Shown here in pieces: positions 39,625 through 51,012 of a DNA stretch of 64,000 nucleotides. The DNA is from an uncultured Gammaproteobacteria bacterium (lineage in GTDB: Bacteria > Patescibacteriota > Patescibacteriia > Buchananbacterales > UBA6539), in contig CAZINP010000001.1 of the NCBI GenBank assembly GCA_964540635.1, forward strand, positions 171,263-235,262, read 5' to 3'. The position numbers were made by a program, and so were the translations under genes. A model generated the notes under the pieces. It was not told the origin of the DNA, made no database searches, and was given only the letters and a program-made list of their open reading frames with translations. Each line of letters starts with the position of its first letter. Position 1 is the first letter of the stretch.

Positions 39625-40623
39625 ATGATAATTTTAGGTATAGAAAGCAGCTGCGACGAAACAGCCGCGGCAGTTTTGAAAACAAACGGCCGCCGTTTTG
39701 ATTTACTTTCAAATGTGGTTTCTTCGCAAATTGATATCCATAAAAAATACGGCGGCGTTGTGCCGGAAGTGGCGGCCAGAAATCATATTATAAACATTAT
39801 TCCGGTAATTGATCAGGCGCTAGCCGTGGCCGATGTTAATTTTAAAAAGATTGATCGAGTCGCAGTAACCGCCGGTCCGGGATTGATCACTTCTTTAATG
39901 GTTGGCCTTGAAACGGCCAAGTCTTTGGCTTTTGCTTGGCAAAAACCGATTGTGCCAATTAATCATATGAAAGCGCATTTATATGCCAATTGGCTGGAAA
40001 ATAAAAAGATTGATTATCCGGCTATTTGTTTGATTGTTTCCGGCGGCCATACGGAATTGATTTATCTTAAGAGTGCTATAAATTTCAAAAAAATTGGTCA
40101 GACAGTAGATGATGCGGCCGGTGAAGCCTTTGATAAGGTGGCTCAGCTTTTAAATATCGGTTACCCGGGTGGTCCGGCCGTTTCCAAATTAGCCCAAAGA
40201 GGTAAGGTTGATTCTTTTAAATTGGCTCGTCCGATGATTGATTCCGGTGATTACAATTTCAGTTTTTCCGGTCTTAAAACTTCGGTTTTGTATGCGACTC
40301 AAAAAATTAAAAATCGGGACAAAAAATTCAAAGCTGATATGTGCGCTTCTTTTGAAAAAGCGGCCGTTGATGTTCTGACCAAAAAAACAATTAAAGCCGC
40401 TGTTGATTTTAAGGCCAAAACAATTATGTTATCCGGTGGCGTTTCAGCCAATCGTTTGTTGCGCCAAACCATGGCCGAAGAGGCAAAAAAAATTAATTTA
40501 AATTTTTCTATGCCGAGATTTGATTTTTGCACTGACAATGCGGCCATGGTCGCGGTTGCCGGTTATTTTGAAAAGCCGGTTTTATGGCATAAATTGAAAG
40601 TCAATCCCAATTTATCAATATGA
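39625..40623 (+). CDS. tsaD: tRNA t6A threonylcarbamoyltransferase
   Basis: GIESSCDET, GGVVPE.A.R.H, SGGHT, DDAAGEAFDK, TDNAAM. Confidence 0.96.
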   Translation: MIILGIESSCDETAAAVLKTNGRRFDLLSNVVSSQIDIHKKYGGVVPEVAARNHIINIIPVIDQALAVADVNFKKIDRVAVTAGPGLITSLMVGLETAKSLAFAWQKPIVPINHMKAHLYANWLENKKIDYPAICLIVSGGHTELIYLKSAINFKKIGQTVDDAAGEAFDKVAQLLNIGYPGGPAVSKLAQRGKVDSFKLARPMIDSGDYNFSFSGLKTSVLYATQKIKNRDKKFKADMCASFEKAAVDVLTKKTIKAAVDFKAKTIMLSGGVSANRLLRQTMAEEAKKINLNFSMPRFDFCTDNAAMVAVAGYFEKPVLWHKLKVNPNLSI

Positions 40624-41060
40624 TAAATCAAAAGCAATTCATAACCAAAACCGAAGAAGAGACTTTTTTGTTGGGAAAAAGGTTGGCTCAAAAATTAAAA
40701 GGCGGGGAAGTTTTGGCTTTAACCGGTAATTTGGGAGCGGGTAAAACCGTTTTTACGAAAGGTTTGGCCGCCGGACTGGGAGTTAAAGAAATTATCACTT
40801 CGCCGACCTTTGTCATAATGAAGGTTTATAATATCGTTAGTTCAACTAAAAAAATTAAGAATTTTGTTCATATTGATTGTTATCGTGTTGGCCAGCCGGA
40901 TGCGATTGAGGCGATTGGCGCTGCAGAATATTTTAATCGTTCTGATTCAATTGTTTTGATTGAGTGGGCTGAAAAAATTAAAAAAATCTTGCCAAAAAAT
41001 TCAATTAAACTTAATATCTTAATTACCAAGAATAATCAAAGAAAAATTAATATCAAATAA
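40620..41060 (+). CDS. tsaE: t6A biosynthesis ATPase
   Basis: GNLGAGKT, SPTF, HIDCYR, IEWAE. Confidence 0.95.
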   Translation: MINQKQFITKTEEETFLLGKRLAQKLKGGEVLALTGNLGAGKTVFTKGLAAGLGVKEIITSPTFVIMKVYNIVSSTKKIKNFVHIDCYRVGQPDAIEAIGAAEYFNRSDSIVLIEWAEKIKKILPKNSIKLNILITKNNQRKINIK

Positions 41061-41063
41061 TTT

Positions 41064-42368
41064 ATGTCTAGATTTGGCGCTAATGCCCACAGAAGCCACG
41101 ATGAATTTCAATCCAGTCCCGATTTTAGAAGAAATAAATTTGAAGTTGTCGGGGAGAGCGAATTAACAAAAGAAGAAGAAGAGGTTTACGCGGCTGCTTT
41201 GTTAGCTGATGCGCAACGGCCGAAAATTCAGGAGTTTATTGACTTTGAAGATGAACCGGGATTTTATACTGAACAAAGAGTGGCTACCGATCAGGCAAAG
41301 CTTGATAGATTTAATAGGGCCAGAGAGGAAAGCCCCAAAACAAAGCGCGGCTTGATTTTGGAATATATTATCAATCGGCATTGTGAGGCTTCAAACTGGC
41401 TGGGTGAGAATTGCTTGGTTTGTGATACGACATTATATGATGATGAAAAAAATAAAACCGATTTGGTCTTGGAGTTTATTAAAAAAAGAAAGAATGGGGA
41501 CTTGGTGTTATATCGTTTAGCCGTTGATGTGACCAGCACGCAAAACGACCGTAATTATATGTCTAAACACGATCGCATAGTTGAAGGTTTGGATAACGGC
41601 GTCATGGCCAGATTAAAATACTTTACTTCTGAGGCTAAAAGGAAAAAAGTTGGTTTTATTAAAAACGTACCCAAGGCGGTTTTGGCCTTGGGACCGAAAA
41701 GTATTCAACGTCTAGCGCGTGATTTTAAATATTCTCAAGATTTGTATAAAGCGGCTCGTGAAGACAATGATCCAGTCAGGGCAAAGAGGCTGAGGTCTCA
41801 AGCGATGGCGGTAATGGAAAAGAATCCGGTTCAGCTGGCTTTATTGGAACAAATTCATCGGCAGATGCAAGATCAGATGATATATGTTTTAGGTAATATT
41901 TTGAGAGAGCTGGATCGAGATTTTAAGAATTTTTCCACAGGAAACGAAGAAGAGTCAAGGTTTGTTTTAAGCGAACTTGCCGATGTTTACAGTCGTTTGC
42001 AGGGAGATTGGGCAATAAATGTTTCGGAAATGCAAGATTACGCCGATAGGGTGATAGATACTTTTTATAGAAGTAAAAATTTATTAAATCGTCTCAAGGG
42101 AAAAGGTGGTGATGATGGGGCTGAGACTTATTCCAATTCGCTTATTGCTCAGCACACAGCCACTCTTGATCGATTGCGACCAATTTTAAATATCAGCCGC
42201 GAACTTTTGGATGATAAAAGAGAATTATTAGGCCAAAGAGTGGTTGATGAAACTTATTCTCGTATGGGTAATAATGTTGTTATTGAAAACTCCGTTAATT
42301 GTTTGGGTAGCCTTTCTTTGCCCAAGAGGTTGGGCGATAAATTGCCCAAGCCAATGGCCGAAATTTAA
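41064..42368 (+). CDS. Hypothetical protein (possible PD-(D/E)xK-like N-terminal half)
   Basis: 'YDD...TDLV...LAVDVT' pattern; fold call tentative. Confidence 0.6.
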   Translation: MSRFGANAHRSHDEFQSSPDFRRNKFEVVGESELTKEEEEVYAAALLADAQRPKIQEFIDFEDEPGFYTEQRVATDQAKLDRFNRAREESPKTKRGLILEYIINRHCEASNWLGENCLVCDTTLYDDEKNKTDLVLEFIKKRKNGDLVLYRLAVDVTSTQNDRNYMSKHDRIVEGLDNGVMARLKYFTSEAKRKKVGFIKNVPKAVLALGPKSIQRLARDFKYSQDLYKAAREDNDPVRAKRLRSQAMAVMEKNPVQLALLEQIHRQMQDQMIYVLGNILRELDRDFKNFSTGNEEESRFVLSELADVYSRLQGDWAINVSEMQDYADRVIDTFYRSKNLLNRLKGKGGDDGAETYSNSLIAQHTATLDRLRPILNISRELLDDKRELLGQRVVDETYSRMGNNVVIENSVNCLGSLSLPKRLGDKLPKPMAEI

Positions 42369-42425
42369 AATTTTGAGTAAAAAAAAGCAACCAGAGGTTG
42401 CTGTCTGCGCCAAATAAGGGGCAGG

Positions 42426-42833
42426 TTAGATTTTTGGCTTGTGCACGTGCCGGAGCACGGCTTCAACCCAAGCCTGTGAAAACGGCGGCGGCAGCCAGGC
42501 GGCAAAATGCTGGTGCACCACTTCCAGGTTGCCAAGCAAATCCGGCTCAACGTCGCTGACTACCACTGTTGGCGTCTCAATGTTGTGTCGATTCCGCAGG
42601 CTTTTAAGGAAGTTAACTCCCTGACCTTTTTTTTGTCCGTCTGTGAGATCAGAGGACATGAATATAATGTCGATGGGCGAATCACCTTCCATTGCCCTGG
42701 TAATTTCTCCCCGAATCGCATAGCAATCAGGTTCGGTAGAAACAAACATCTTGTACCCCAAAGTTTCCAGGGCACTTTTTATCTTTTCCACTTGATGTGG
42801 AAGGAGTGCGAGAAGAATCTTTTTCTTTTCCAT
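42426..42833 (-). CDS. Degenerate receiver-domain-like protein
   Basis: KILLA...DIIFM..DL..G...P.VVVS...WLPPPF; canonical Asp/Lys not conserved; GGAG SD. Confidence 0.55.
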   Translation of the reverse strand: MEKKKILLALLPHQVEKIKSALETLGYKMFVSTEPDCYAIRGEITRAMEGDSPIDIIFMSSDLTDGQKKGQGVNFLKSLRNRHNIETPTVVVSDVEPDLLGNLEVVHQHFAAWLPPPFSQAWVEAVLRHVHKPKI

Positions 42834-42959
42834 GTTGTTGGCGTTTCTCCAAGTTGCAAGCCAAGTTTAAGGAACACAAGTAAAAATATTACACGAAAAT
42901 AATAATTTTGTCAAGAATAAAAAACCCCTCGTCTGGCGAGGGGTTTGTGGTTTGTGTTT

Positions 42960-44699
42960 TTATATTTCCGGTGCGGAAACGTCTTTGGCCACCCTGAAGA
43001 CTTCATCAACAGAAGTGATGCCGTCTACGGCCTTAAGTAAGCCGTCTTGGATCATGGTAATCATGCCGTTTTTAATAGCCACGGCGCGCATATCGTACTC
43101 TGAAACTTGGCCGGATAAAATCATGGCTTCAACTTCTTTGTTCATTCCCATGATTTCATAAATTCCAATGCGGCCCTTGTAGCCTAGACCCTGGCATTGT
43201 TCGCAACCGGCACCTTTATAGAATTTTAGTTTGTTTAATTCTTCGGCTGAAACGCTTGAGCCGGAAGTTTCCGGAATTTCGGATAAGATTTTCATTACCC
43301 TGGATAAAGTTTTATTGTCTAATTCAATTTCTTGTTTGCAGTGCTCGCAAATTTTTCTAACCAAACGTTGGCCGATCATGGCATTAAGGGCCGGGGCCAA
43401 TAAATAGGGTTTGACTTGCATGGATAAGAACCTAGGAATAGTGCCGGCCGCGTCATTGGTGTGGATTGTGGAAATTACCAAATGGCCGGTTAAGGCGGCA
43501 TTAATGGCAATTTCGGCCGTTTCCAAGTCGCGAATTTCACCAACCATAATTACATCGGGGTCTTGGCGTAAAATTGAGCGTAGGCCGGAGGCAAAGGTGT
43601 AATCTTTGCTGGCATCGATTTGACTTTGATTAATGCCCGCCATTTTATATTCAATCGGGTCTTCAACCGTAATAATTTTTGTTTCCGTGTCATTAAGTTT
43701 GTTTAAAATTGCATAAAGAGTGGTGGTTTTACCCGAACCGGTTGGACCGGTAGTAACAATCATGCCGTTTGGTTTCTGAATTTGGTTTTTAAGAACTTCA
43801 AAAGCTTTACCCCTGATGCCTAACGATTCAAAGGAAATGCCAACAACCGAAGACATTAACAAACGCATAACTACGCTTTCCCCATAAGCGGTTGGCAGAC
43901 AAGAAACTCTGACGTCAATTTTTTCTTTTTCCAAAAAAATGGTAAAGCGCCCATCTTGAGGTCGGTCGGCTATATTGATTTTTAGTCTTGATATTAATTT
44001 AATGCGCGAGATGACTTGCGGCCAAACCTTTGGTTTTAACTCCGCCGCTTCTTGTAAAATACCGTCAATACGAAATCTGATTTTAATGCCTTTTTCTTCG
44101 GCTTCAATGTGAATATCAGAAGATCTGGCTTTGACGGCGGCGGCAATTATCAGCGTTAACATATCAGTCGTATTGACTTCGCCCAATTTTTTATTAAGAT
44201 CTCTGAAGGTATTTATTTCTTTGCCGTATTTTAAAATATCTTCCTCGGTAATTTCAACGCCGCCGATAAATTTTTTGATTTTGGGTAAATTTTTGTATAA
44301 GGCAAAGGCGAATTTGAAACTGTTTAAAGAAATCAAGTAAATTTTGGCATTAACGTGGTACTCTTTTTCCAACTCGGCGACAAAATCCAGTAAAGCCTGA
44401 TTTTGAGGGTTGGTAGTGGCAATATGAACATCATGGCTGCCCATAAAAAAACAAATCGCGTGCAATTCGCCCGATTTTTTTTCCGGAATTATCCCTAAAA
44501 CTTCTGAATTGATTGGAAATCCTTTTAGGTCAATATAATCAAAACCAAGATCCGAGGCTTTTTCTCTGGCCTCGCGTTCTTTTTCTTTAACCTCAATTGT
44601 GCCCATTTTTTTATCAAAAACCTCGGCAACTTTATTTTCCGAAATTTTTGGGACGCGACTTGAGAGAATTTTTTTAATTGTGTCGTCGTTTTGCGGCAT
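42960..44699 (-). CDS. pilB: Type IV pilus assembly ATPase (PilB/GspE family)
   Basis: SDIHIE, GPTGSGKTTT, LRQDPDVIMVGEIRD, tetracysteine motif. Confidence 0.9.
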   Translation of the reverse strand: MPQNDDTIKKILSSRVPKISENKVAEVFDKKMGTIEVKEKEREAREKASDLGFDYIDLKGFPINSEVLGIIPEKKSGELHAICFFMGSHDVHIATTNPQNQALLDFVAELEKEYHVNAKIYLISLNSFKFAFALYKNLPKIKKFIGGVEITEEDILKYGKEINTFRDLNKKLGEVNTTDMLTLIIAAAVKARSSDIHIEAEEKGIKIRFRIDGILQEAAELKPKVWPQVISRIKLISRLKINIADRPQDGRFTIFLEKEKIDVRVSCLPTAYGESVVMRLLMSSVVGISFESLGIRGKAFEVLKNQIQKPNGMIVTTGPTGSGKTTTLYAILNKLNDTETKIITVEDPIEYKMAGINQSQIDASKDYTFASGLRSILRQDPDVIMVGEIRDLETAEIAINAALTGHLVISTIHTNDAAGTIPRFLSMQVKPYLLAPALNAMIGQRLVRKICEHCKQEIELDNKTLSRVMKILSEIPETSGSSVSAEELNKLKFYKGAGCEQCQGLGYKGRIGIYEIMGMNKEVEAMILSGQVSEYDMRAVAIKNGMITMIQDGLLKAVDGITSVDEVFRVAKDVSAPEI

Positions 44700-44782
44700 A
44701 GATATACTAATTATAACGTTTTTTGGTTTTTAAGCCAAATAAAATCAGCCCCGATGAAACCGGGGCTGATTTGTGAAAAATA

Positions 44783-45724
44783 TTATTTTTTGAACAGGTT
44801 GGTTAAACGACTGTCAAGGACTGTTTTTTTGCCGGTGATCAATTCAAAAATAATTGCCCAGGTTGACCATTGGAATATGGTTAGAACGGTTTGAATTAAA
44901 ATGAAAAATACAATACTTAAACCAAAGGCAATAAATATCACAAATTTTGACCAGAAGAATTTAGACAAAACTTGGTAAAGTAAGTTTGAGATCAAAAATG
45001 ATAAAAAGCCGTTGGCAGTAAGAGTGATGAGAAAAAGAATAACCGTGATTTCGATAAGAATTAACCAATTTTTCTTTATTAATGATACGGCGTTTATAAT
45101 TGATTCTTTAAGTTTCCAGCCCTTTAGGACTATGCCGCAAACTCCAAGTCGGGCTAAGAAAGAAGAGGCGACCATTAAAAAGATGAAAAGATCAAAAATT
45201 ATTATAAATCCAATTTTTCCAATTATATCAACAAGGGCGGCAAAACCGATAAAGACGACCAGAAAGACAACAATAGTTTTTAGGATTAAGTTAATAACTA
45301 AAATTGGCCAGAAGTTATTTATGCCTAGGCTAAAGGCTTGGGCAAAGGAAAATTCTTTATTTTTACTGGCGGCAATTGCATTACCGATAATCGCGGATTG
45401 AGAAACTATGGTTAACCAGATTATTAACATGGCGACGGCAAAAAAGAGCAGGAAAAGAAAAGCAAAAACAAAGATATATATTGGATGTAGAAAAATTGTT
45501 CGGGTCAGACCTTGAATACCGGCCGGGGTAAATAAATCGGAAGCGCCGATTCCCTGAAAAATGGCTAAAAATACGCCTTGACCACCAAAGCCATAGCTGC
45601 CGGAGAATAATTCCAGCTCATTGCCCGCGCCCAATAAGGCCAAGAAGAAACCAAAAAACCAAAACAGTGGTTTTTCCCAAGCGATTTTTAATGCTTGCAG
45701 AATAATTTGGCGATAAGTGTACAT
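44783..45724 (-). CDS. Hypothetical multi-pass membrane protein
   Basis: About 6-7 hydrophobic segments. Confidence 0.75.
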   Translation of the reverse strand: MYTYRQIILQALKIAWEKPLFWFFGFFLALLGAGNELELFSGSYGFGGQGVFLAIFQGIGASDLFTPAGIQGLTRTIFLHPIYIFVFAFLFLLFFAVAMLIIWLTIVSQSAIIGNAIAASKNKEFSFAQAFSLGINNFWPILVINLILKTIVVFLVVFIGFAALVDIIGKIGFIIIFDLFIFLMVASSFLARLGVCGIVLKGWKLKESIINAVSLIKKNWLILIEITVILFLITLTANGFLSFLISNLLYQVLSKFFWSKFVIFIAFGLSIVFFILIQTVLTIFQWSTWAIIFELITGKKTVLDSRLTNLFKK

Positions 45725-45759
45725 AGATTTAAATTATTTTTTTATTTTAATTACAAACT

Positions 45760-47619
45760 TTATTTTTTTGAATCATCGGCAGCCTCTTTGGCTTTTGGTT
45801 TTGGTTCAAAAATTTGATTAAATTCATCCCGTTCAAGCGTTTCTTTTTCCATTAATTGGTTGACAATTTCTTCCAATTTTTCTTTTTTCTTTTTAATTAT
45901 CTCCGAGGCGGTTTTTTGGGCTTGTTCAATAAAGCGGCTGATTTCTTGATCAATCATTTCCGCCACTTTTTCGCTGTAGTCTCTTTGCTCGGTGATTTCT
46001 CGGCCCAAAAATATCATATCTTCTCTCTTGCCAAAGGTTCTTGGGCCCATGTTTTCGGACATGCCAAATTCCATAATCATTCGGCGGGCCAATTTTGTGG
46101 CTTCTTTCAAATCATTTGAAGCTCCGGTGGAAAGTTCGTTAAACGTTTCTTTTTCCGTAACATATCCGGCCAAAAGAACAGCCAACTCCGCCACAAATTC
46201 CGATTTGGTTTGAAATGATTTATCTTTGGTTGGCATTTTTAAGGTATAGCCGGCGGCTCGGCCGCGAGAAACAATTGAGACTTTCTGAACCGGGTCAGAA
46301 TCGGGCATTTCGTGAGCGACTAAAGCATGACCGGCTTCGTGGTAAGCGGTTTTCTTTTTTTCATCAGCTGAAAGCAAGTGGCTTTTTCTTTCCGGACCCA
46401 TGATGACTTTTTCAATGCTTTCTAAAATTTCAACCATTTCAATTTTGGTTTTATTGCGTCTGGCTGCCAGAATGGCCGCCTCGTTTAGGAGATTGTTTAA
46501 ATCCGCGCCGGTAAAACCCGGAGTTCTTTCGGCGATTTGGCGCAGATTAACTTCGGTTGCAAGCGGTTTTTTTCTGGCGTGAACTTTTAGGATTTCCTCG
46601 CGATCATCAATATTGGGCATGTCTAAAACAACTCGTCTGTCAAAGCGTCCCGGGCGCAAGAGAGCCATATCCAAAATGTCGGGGCGGTTGGTGGCGGCAA
46701 TTACAATAACGTTGGTGGTTACATCAAATCCGTCCATCTCAACCAAAATTTGATTTAAGGTTTGTTCGCGTTCGTCGTTGCTGCCACCCATGCCTGCGCC
46801 GCGTTGTCTGCCAACAGCATCCAATTCGTCAATGAAAACAATGCAGGGCGCGTTCTTTTTAGCCTTGGTAAATAAGTCTCTGACGCGGCTGGCACCAACG
46901 CCGACAAACATTTCCACAAATTCCGAACCGGAGATGGAAAAAAACGGCACATTTGCTTCACCGGCTACGGCTCTGGCCAGGAGGGTTTTACCGGTGCCCG
47001 GAGGGCCAAACAGTAAAACGCCTTTGGGGATTCTGGCACCCAAATTTAAGAATTTTTTTGGATTTTTTAAAAATTCAACAATTTCAGTTAATTCTTCTTT
47101 GGCCTCTTTGGCGCCGGCAACGTCTTTAAAGATCACACGATTTTTTTGATCGCGTGGCGCGACTTCTCTGGCTCGGCTTTGGCCAAACATCATGGCCTTG
47201 GAATTGGCTCCTTGAACTTGGCGCATCATAAAATAGATAAAAGCACCGATTAAGAGCAGAGGAATAAGAAAGGGTAAAAGTGTGCCCAGCCAAAATTCCC
47301 AGCCGTCATTTTGTTCAACCTCGATTTTAACGCTTTTAACTTTTTCCGGGTCAGCTTTGTAATTGTTGAGTAATTGACTTAATGATTCAGACGCTTCTTT
47401 TTGTGTCTCAATCAAAGAATCGTCGCTTAAAGTTGCAACAATGCTATTGTCAATAACTTTGATGCTCTTGACTTGGCTTTGATTGATTTTTTCAACCAAC
47501 GTGGTGATGTCGGTTTTTGTTTTTGATTTTTCCGGATTAATGTAAACCGAAAAAAGGCTTGCTAGGGCCAGAAAAACCAAAAAAATGATGAGGAAATTTT
47601 TTGTAAGATTTTTTGCCAT
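45760..47619 (-). CDS. ftsH: ATP-dependent zinc metalloprotease FtsH
   Basis: Two TM segments, [20 protein letters not shown]. Confidence 0.97.
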   Translation of the reverse strand: MAKNLTKNFLIIFLVFLALASLFSVYINPEKSKTKTDITTLVEKINQSQVKSIKVIDNSIVATLSDDSLIETQKEASESLSQLLNNYKADPEKVKSVKIEVEQNDGWEFWLGTLLPFLIPLLLIGAFIYFMMRQVQGANSKAMMFGQSRAREVAPRDQKNRVIFKDVAGAKEAKEELTEIVEFLKNPKKFLNLGARIPKGVLLFGPPGTGKTLLARAVAGEANVPFFSISGSEFVEMFVGVGASRVRDLFTKAKKNAPCIVFIDELDAVGRQRGAGMGGSNDEREQTLNQILVEMDGFDVTTNVIVIAATNRPDILDMALLRPGRFDRRVVLDMPNIDDREEILKVHARKKPLATEVNLRQIAERTPGFTGADLNNLLNEAAILAARRNKTKIEMVEILESIEKVIMGPERKSHLLSADEKKKTAYHEAGHALVAHEMPDSDPVQKVSIVSRGRAAGYTLKMPTKDKSFQTKSEFVAELAVLLAGYVTEKETFNELSTGASNDLKEATKLARRMIMEFGMSENMGPRTFGKREDMIFLGREITEQRDYSEKVAEMIDQEISRFIEQAQKTASEIIKKKKEKLEEIVNQLMEKETLERDEFNQIFEPKPKAKEAADDSKK

Positions 47620-47698
47620 AATTTTTTTAAAACTAAAACAGGTAACTTGCTATAGTATACCTGTTTTAGCGATATTTTTCAAGTCTGATTTTTTGATT

Positions 47699-48865
47699 CT
47701 ATTCTTGAGTTTTCTCTTCAGCTTCTTTCGGTTTTTTATCTTCTTTAAGCTTCAAGCTTAAGCCCAAACGATGATTGTTCGGTTCAATGGAAAGAACTCT
47801 GAAATCTTTGACATCGCCGGCTTTGGCAATTTCGTTAACATCGCTAATCGGCTTGTCTGATAACTCAGAAATATGAGCCAAACCATGAATGTCCGGATCA
47901 AGTTCAACAAATAAACCAAAAGGATTAACTTTCAAAATTTTACCCTTGACGATTTGATTGACCTGATATTTTTCGTAAACGTTTTTCCAGGGATCATCTT
48001 TTAGCTTTTTCATCGATAAGAAAATTTTTGAATTTTCAATATTGATGATTTCAGCTTTGATGGTATCGCCAACCTGAACATAGTCTGATGGATTATCAAT
48101 TCTCTGCCAGGCCAGTTCGGAAATGTGAACTAAGCCCTCAAGCTTTTCTTCGCCGAATTCGACGAATACGCCAAAGTCGGTTACGGCTGTAACTTTGCCT
48201 TCAACGGTGTCGCCGACTTTGAAGCTGGCAATAACATCCTTTTGCTTTTCTTCCCAGCTGGCTTTTTCGGAAACAATTAACTTGTCTTCGCTTTCATTAA
48301 CGTCAATAATTTTAACGTCAAAATCTTGGCCAATATAACTTTTGAGGCGATCAAGGATTTTACCTTTGTCGCCACCCGGAACGCGTGGATAGTGCTCCGG
48401 CATTAATTGGGAGACGGGCAAAAATCCGGGAACTCGGCCGACTTTAATCATCAAACCGCCGCGATTGGCGTCAGTAATAGTGGCTTTAACGATTTGGCCG
48501 CTGTCGCGCAGCTCAGCCAAATTGTCCCAGGCTTTCTGGTGGCCGGCGGAACGAAATGAAAGTTCAATTTCGCCGTTTTCATTTTCAAGTTCAATGACAG
48601 TGGCTTCAACCTCGTCACCGACCTTAAGATCGTCGTAGTCGTTTGATTCATCTAAGAATTCACGACCGCGAACAATACCGGTAGTTAGCCCTTCAATTTC
48701 CAGTCTGATTTCAGATCGGGAAATATCAAGGATTTTACCTTTAACAATATCGCCAACTTTAGGGATTTTAATAAAATCGCCTTCAGTTAAAAGCTTCTTT
48801 AATTGCTGGCCGGCGTCAGTCATCGCCGCGGCTGCAGTTTTTTCTGTTTCTTTCTTTTTAGGCAT
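47699..48865 (-). CDS. rpsA: 30S ribosomal protein S1 (four S1 domains)
   Basis: NRGGL, FGVFV..GLVHISEL, FGLFV..GLAHISEL. Confidence 0.9.
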   Translation of the reverse strand: MPKKKETEKTAAAAMTDAGQQLKKLLTEGDFIKIPKVGDIVKGKILDISRSEIRLEIEGLTTGIVRGREFLDESNDYDDLKVGDEVEATVIELENENGEIELSFRSAGHQKAWDNLAELRDSGQIVKATITDANRGGLMIKVGRVPGFLPVSQLMPEHYPRVPGGDKGKILDRLKSYIGQDFDVKIIDVNESEDKLIVSEKASWEEKQKDVIASFKVGDTVEGKVTAVTDFGVFVEFGEEKLEGLVHISELAWQRIDNPSDYVQVGDTIKAEIINIENSKIFLSMKKLKDDPWKNVYEKYQVNQIVKGKILKVNPFGLFVELDPDIHGLAHISELSDKPISDVNEIAKAGDVKDFRVLSIEPNNHRLGLSLKLKEDKKPKEAEEKTQE

Positions 48866-49013
48866 AAAAAATAGACCTTAGCCCTTCCGGCTTGGCCGCA
48901 AGAGCTCCCTCTTTTCATTAAAGAGAGATGTTAATTAAGTTTAATTAAACTACCATATTTTCAAAAATAAATCAAGACCTGCCATTTTTTAACGATTGTG
49001 TTAAAATATAATT

Positions 49014-49535
49014 ATGGACAAGCCATCGCTACCACCTAAAATTAGACTTGATAATTTGCGCAAAGCCATTGCCGGTTCGCGCGGCTTTGTTTCAAGTCGT
49101 CAATATGATGCTTTGAAAAAAGCGGGTTTTGGTGATTTACAATACGCAGCTTCCGGTAAAATTATCGGTAAGGATAGGGCCGAAAGTGCGATTAAAGCCC
49201 TAAAAAAGGCCAATGAGCTCGGCGCTCGTCTTGGCTCTACCGTTTGGCAAAGGGCAGCCAATTTGGAAAGAGATGATTTAATGAAAAAAGAAGCGATAAG
49301 AAGAACCAATATTCAATCGGCTTTGGCCATGGACGTTGATGAACAAATGGCATATGAAGCAATGAATAAAAATATTTATACCAAAAAGTCGTTCAGTTCC
49401 ATAAACGAAAAGATGCAATTTGAGAAGCAGGTTAGAGAAAAAAAGATTTCAGAATTTGAGAAAAAAAGATCTGATTTATTAAACGCCGGCGTTCCGAATA
49501 AATCTACAAAAATGCCCGATTTATTGGTTAAATAA
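49014..49535 (+). CDS. Hypothetical basic protein
   Basis: 173-aa ORF. Confidence 0.65.
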   Translation: MDKPSLPPKIRLDNLRKAIAGSRGFVSSRQYDALKKAGFGDLQYAASGKIIGKDRAESAIKALKKANELGARLGSTVWQRAANLERDDLMKKEAIRRTNIQSALAMDVDEQMAYEAMNKNIYTKKSFSSINEKMQFEKQVREKKISEFEKKRSDLLNAGVPNKSTKMPDLLVK

Positions 49536-49708
49536 AATGGCTTAAATAAGCCAAATTATTCTTTAATATTTTTTGATTTTACCCTTGCTTGAATTAAGCT
49601 TTTTTGCTAAAATATAAGTGGTTAAAGCCGCTTCTTTTTAGTTTATAATAAAAAGCCGATGAATGATTATTCGTTAATTTTTTATTATAAATTATTTATT
49701 TTAAAACC

Positions 49709-50362
49709 ATGAATATTTATTGGTACGGTCAATCATTTTTTAAGATTGAAGGCGAAAAAAGTACTTTGGTGACAGACCCATTTGATGGCAACTTTGGTTT
49801 AAAAGTGCCCCGCTTAAGCGCTGATGTGGTTACGGTTAGCCACGACCACCCGGATCACAGTAATGTTGAAGCGATAAAGGGCATTGGCGAAAATCAGCCG
49901 TTTGTCATTACCGGCCCTGGTGAATATGAAATTAAAGGGATTCTAATCCAAGGTGTGGCCGCCTATCACGATGACAAGGAAGGCGCTAATTTGGGCAGTA
50001 ATACAATTTATCGTATTGAAGTTGATGGCATAACCATTGGTCATTTGGGTGATTTGGGTCACGCTTTGGCTAATGGGCAGGTGGAAAAAATGGAGGGAGT
50101 TGATATTTTAATGATTCCGGTTGGCGGCGGTTCTACCATTGATGCCAAGAAAGCAACTGAAATTATAAGTCAGCTTGAACCTCGTATTGTAATTCCGATG
50201 CATTATGAAATACCCGGCCTGAAAACCAAAACCAAACTTTCTGATTTATCATTATTTTGCAAAGAGATTGGTGTTTGCCCCAAAGAAAAAGTTAATAAAT
50301 ACAAAATTACCAAAAAGGATTTGCCTCAAGACAACCTTCAAGTCGTTGTCATGGAGCCATAA
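49709..50362 (+). CDS. MBL-fold hydrolase (Lactamase_B_3-like)
   Basis: SHDHPDH, HLGDLG, IPVGG, IPMHY. Confidence 0.9.
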   Translation: MNIYWYGQSFFKIEGEKSTLVTDPFDGNFGLKVPRLSADVVTVSHDHPDHSNVEAIKGIGENQPFVITGPGEYEIKGILIQGVAAYHDDKEGANLGSNTIYRIEVDGITIGHLGDLGHALANGQVEKMEGVDILMIPVGGGSTIDAKKATEIISQLEPRIVIPMHYEIPGLKTKTKLSDLSLFCKEIGVCPKEKVNKYKITKKDLPQDNLQVVVMEP

Positions 50363-50374
50363 TTTTAGAATATT

Positions 50375-51010
50375 ATGTCAGACCAAGAGTCAAAACCGGG
50401 TAGAAAAAAAAGTTTTGACGTTGATCAGATTCCGGTTGAAACCAGAAAAATTATTTATGTTGTGTCTTTGGTTTTGATAATGGTTGTCATCTTTGCCGTT
50501 TGGTTGCCATTTGCCATTAAAAGCATTAACGACAGTTCGGCTCAGGGCAACGGCGAGCTTTCCGGAGTAGGGACTGATTTGGAAAATTTTTTAAATGAGT
50601 TGAAAAGTAAAACGGAAAATATTGGCAGCAATTTAAATGACCTTCAGAATAATTTAAAACAGGATAAGCAAGAGCAGGTAAAAGACGGGGTGGTAGAAGT
50701 TTTGAGCAATCAATTGACTGCCGATTGGGCTGAATACACCGACTTATCAAATCGTTTTACCATAAAATATCCTAACGATTTTTTATTAAGCACTTCCAGT
50801 GATTTGGTTTTTGAGTTAAGCCAAAAGGGCACAACAACGCCGGTTTTGGAAATAAAAAAATTTGTTTCTTACGGCAGTTTAACCAATATGATAAACATCA
50901 AAAAAATTGTTCAGCGACCGGATCATATACTAGCCTTCTTTGATTATAGCAACAGTACCACGACAAATTTAATCATAAATTCATTTAAATCAATTGATAA
51001 TAATTTATAA
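50375..51010 (+). CDS. Hypothetical single-pass membrane protein
   Basis: One TM segment, coiled region, 'W..Y......IKYP' motif. Confidence 0.65.
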   Translation: MSDQESKPGRKKSFDVDQIPVETRKIIYVVSLVLIMVVIFAVWLPFAIKSINDSSAQGNGELSGVGTDLENFLNELKSKTENIGSNLNDLQNNLKQDKQEQVKDGVVEVLSNQLTADWAEYTDLSNRFTIKYPNDFLLSTSSDLVFELSQKGTTTPVLEIKKFVSYGSLTNMINIKKIVQRPDHILAFFDYSNSTTTNLIINSFKSIDNNL

Positions 51011-51012
51011 AT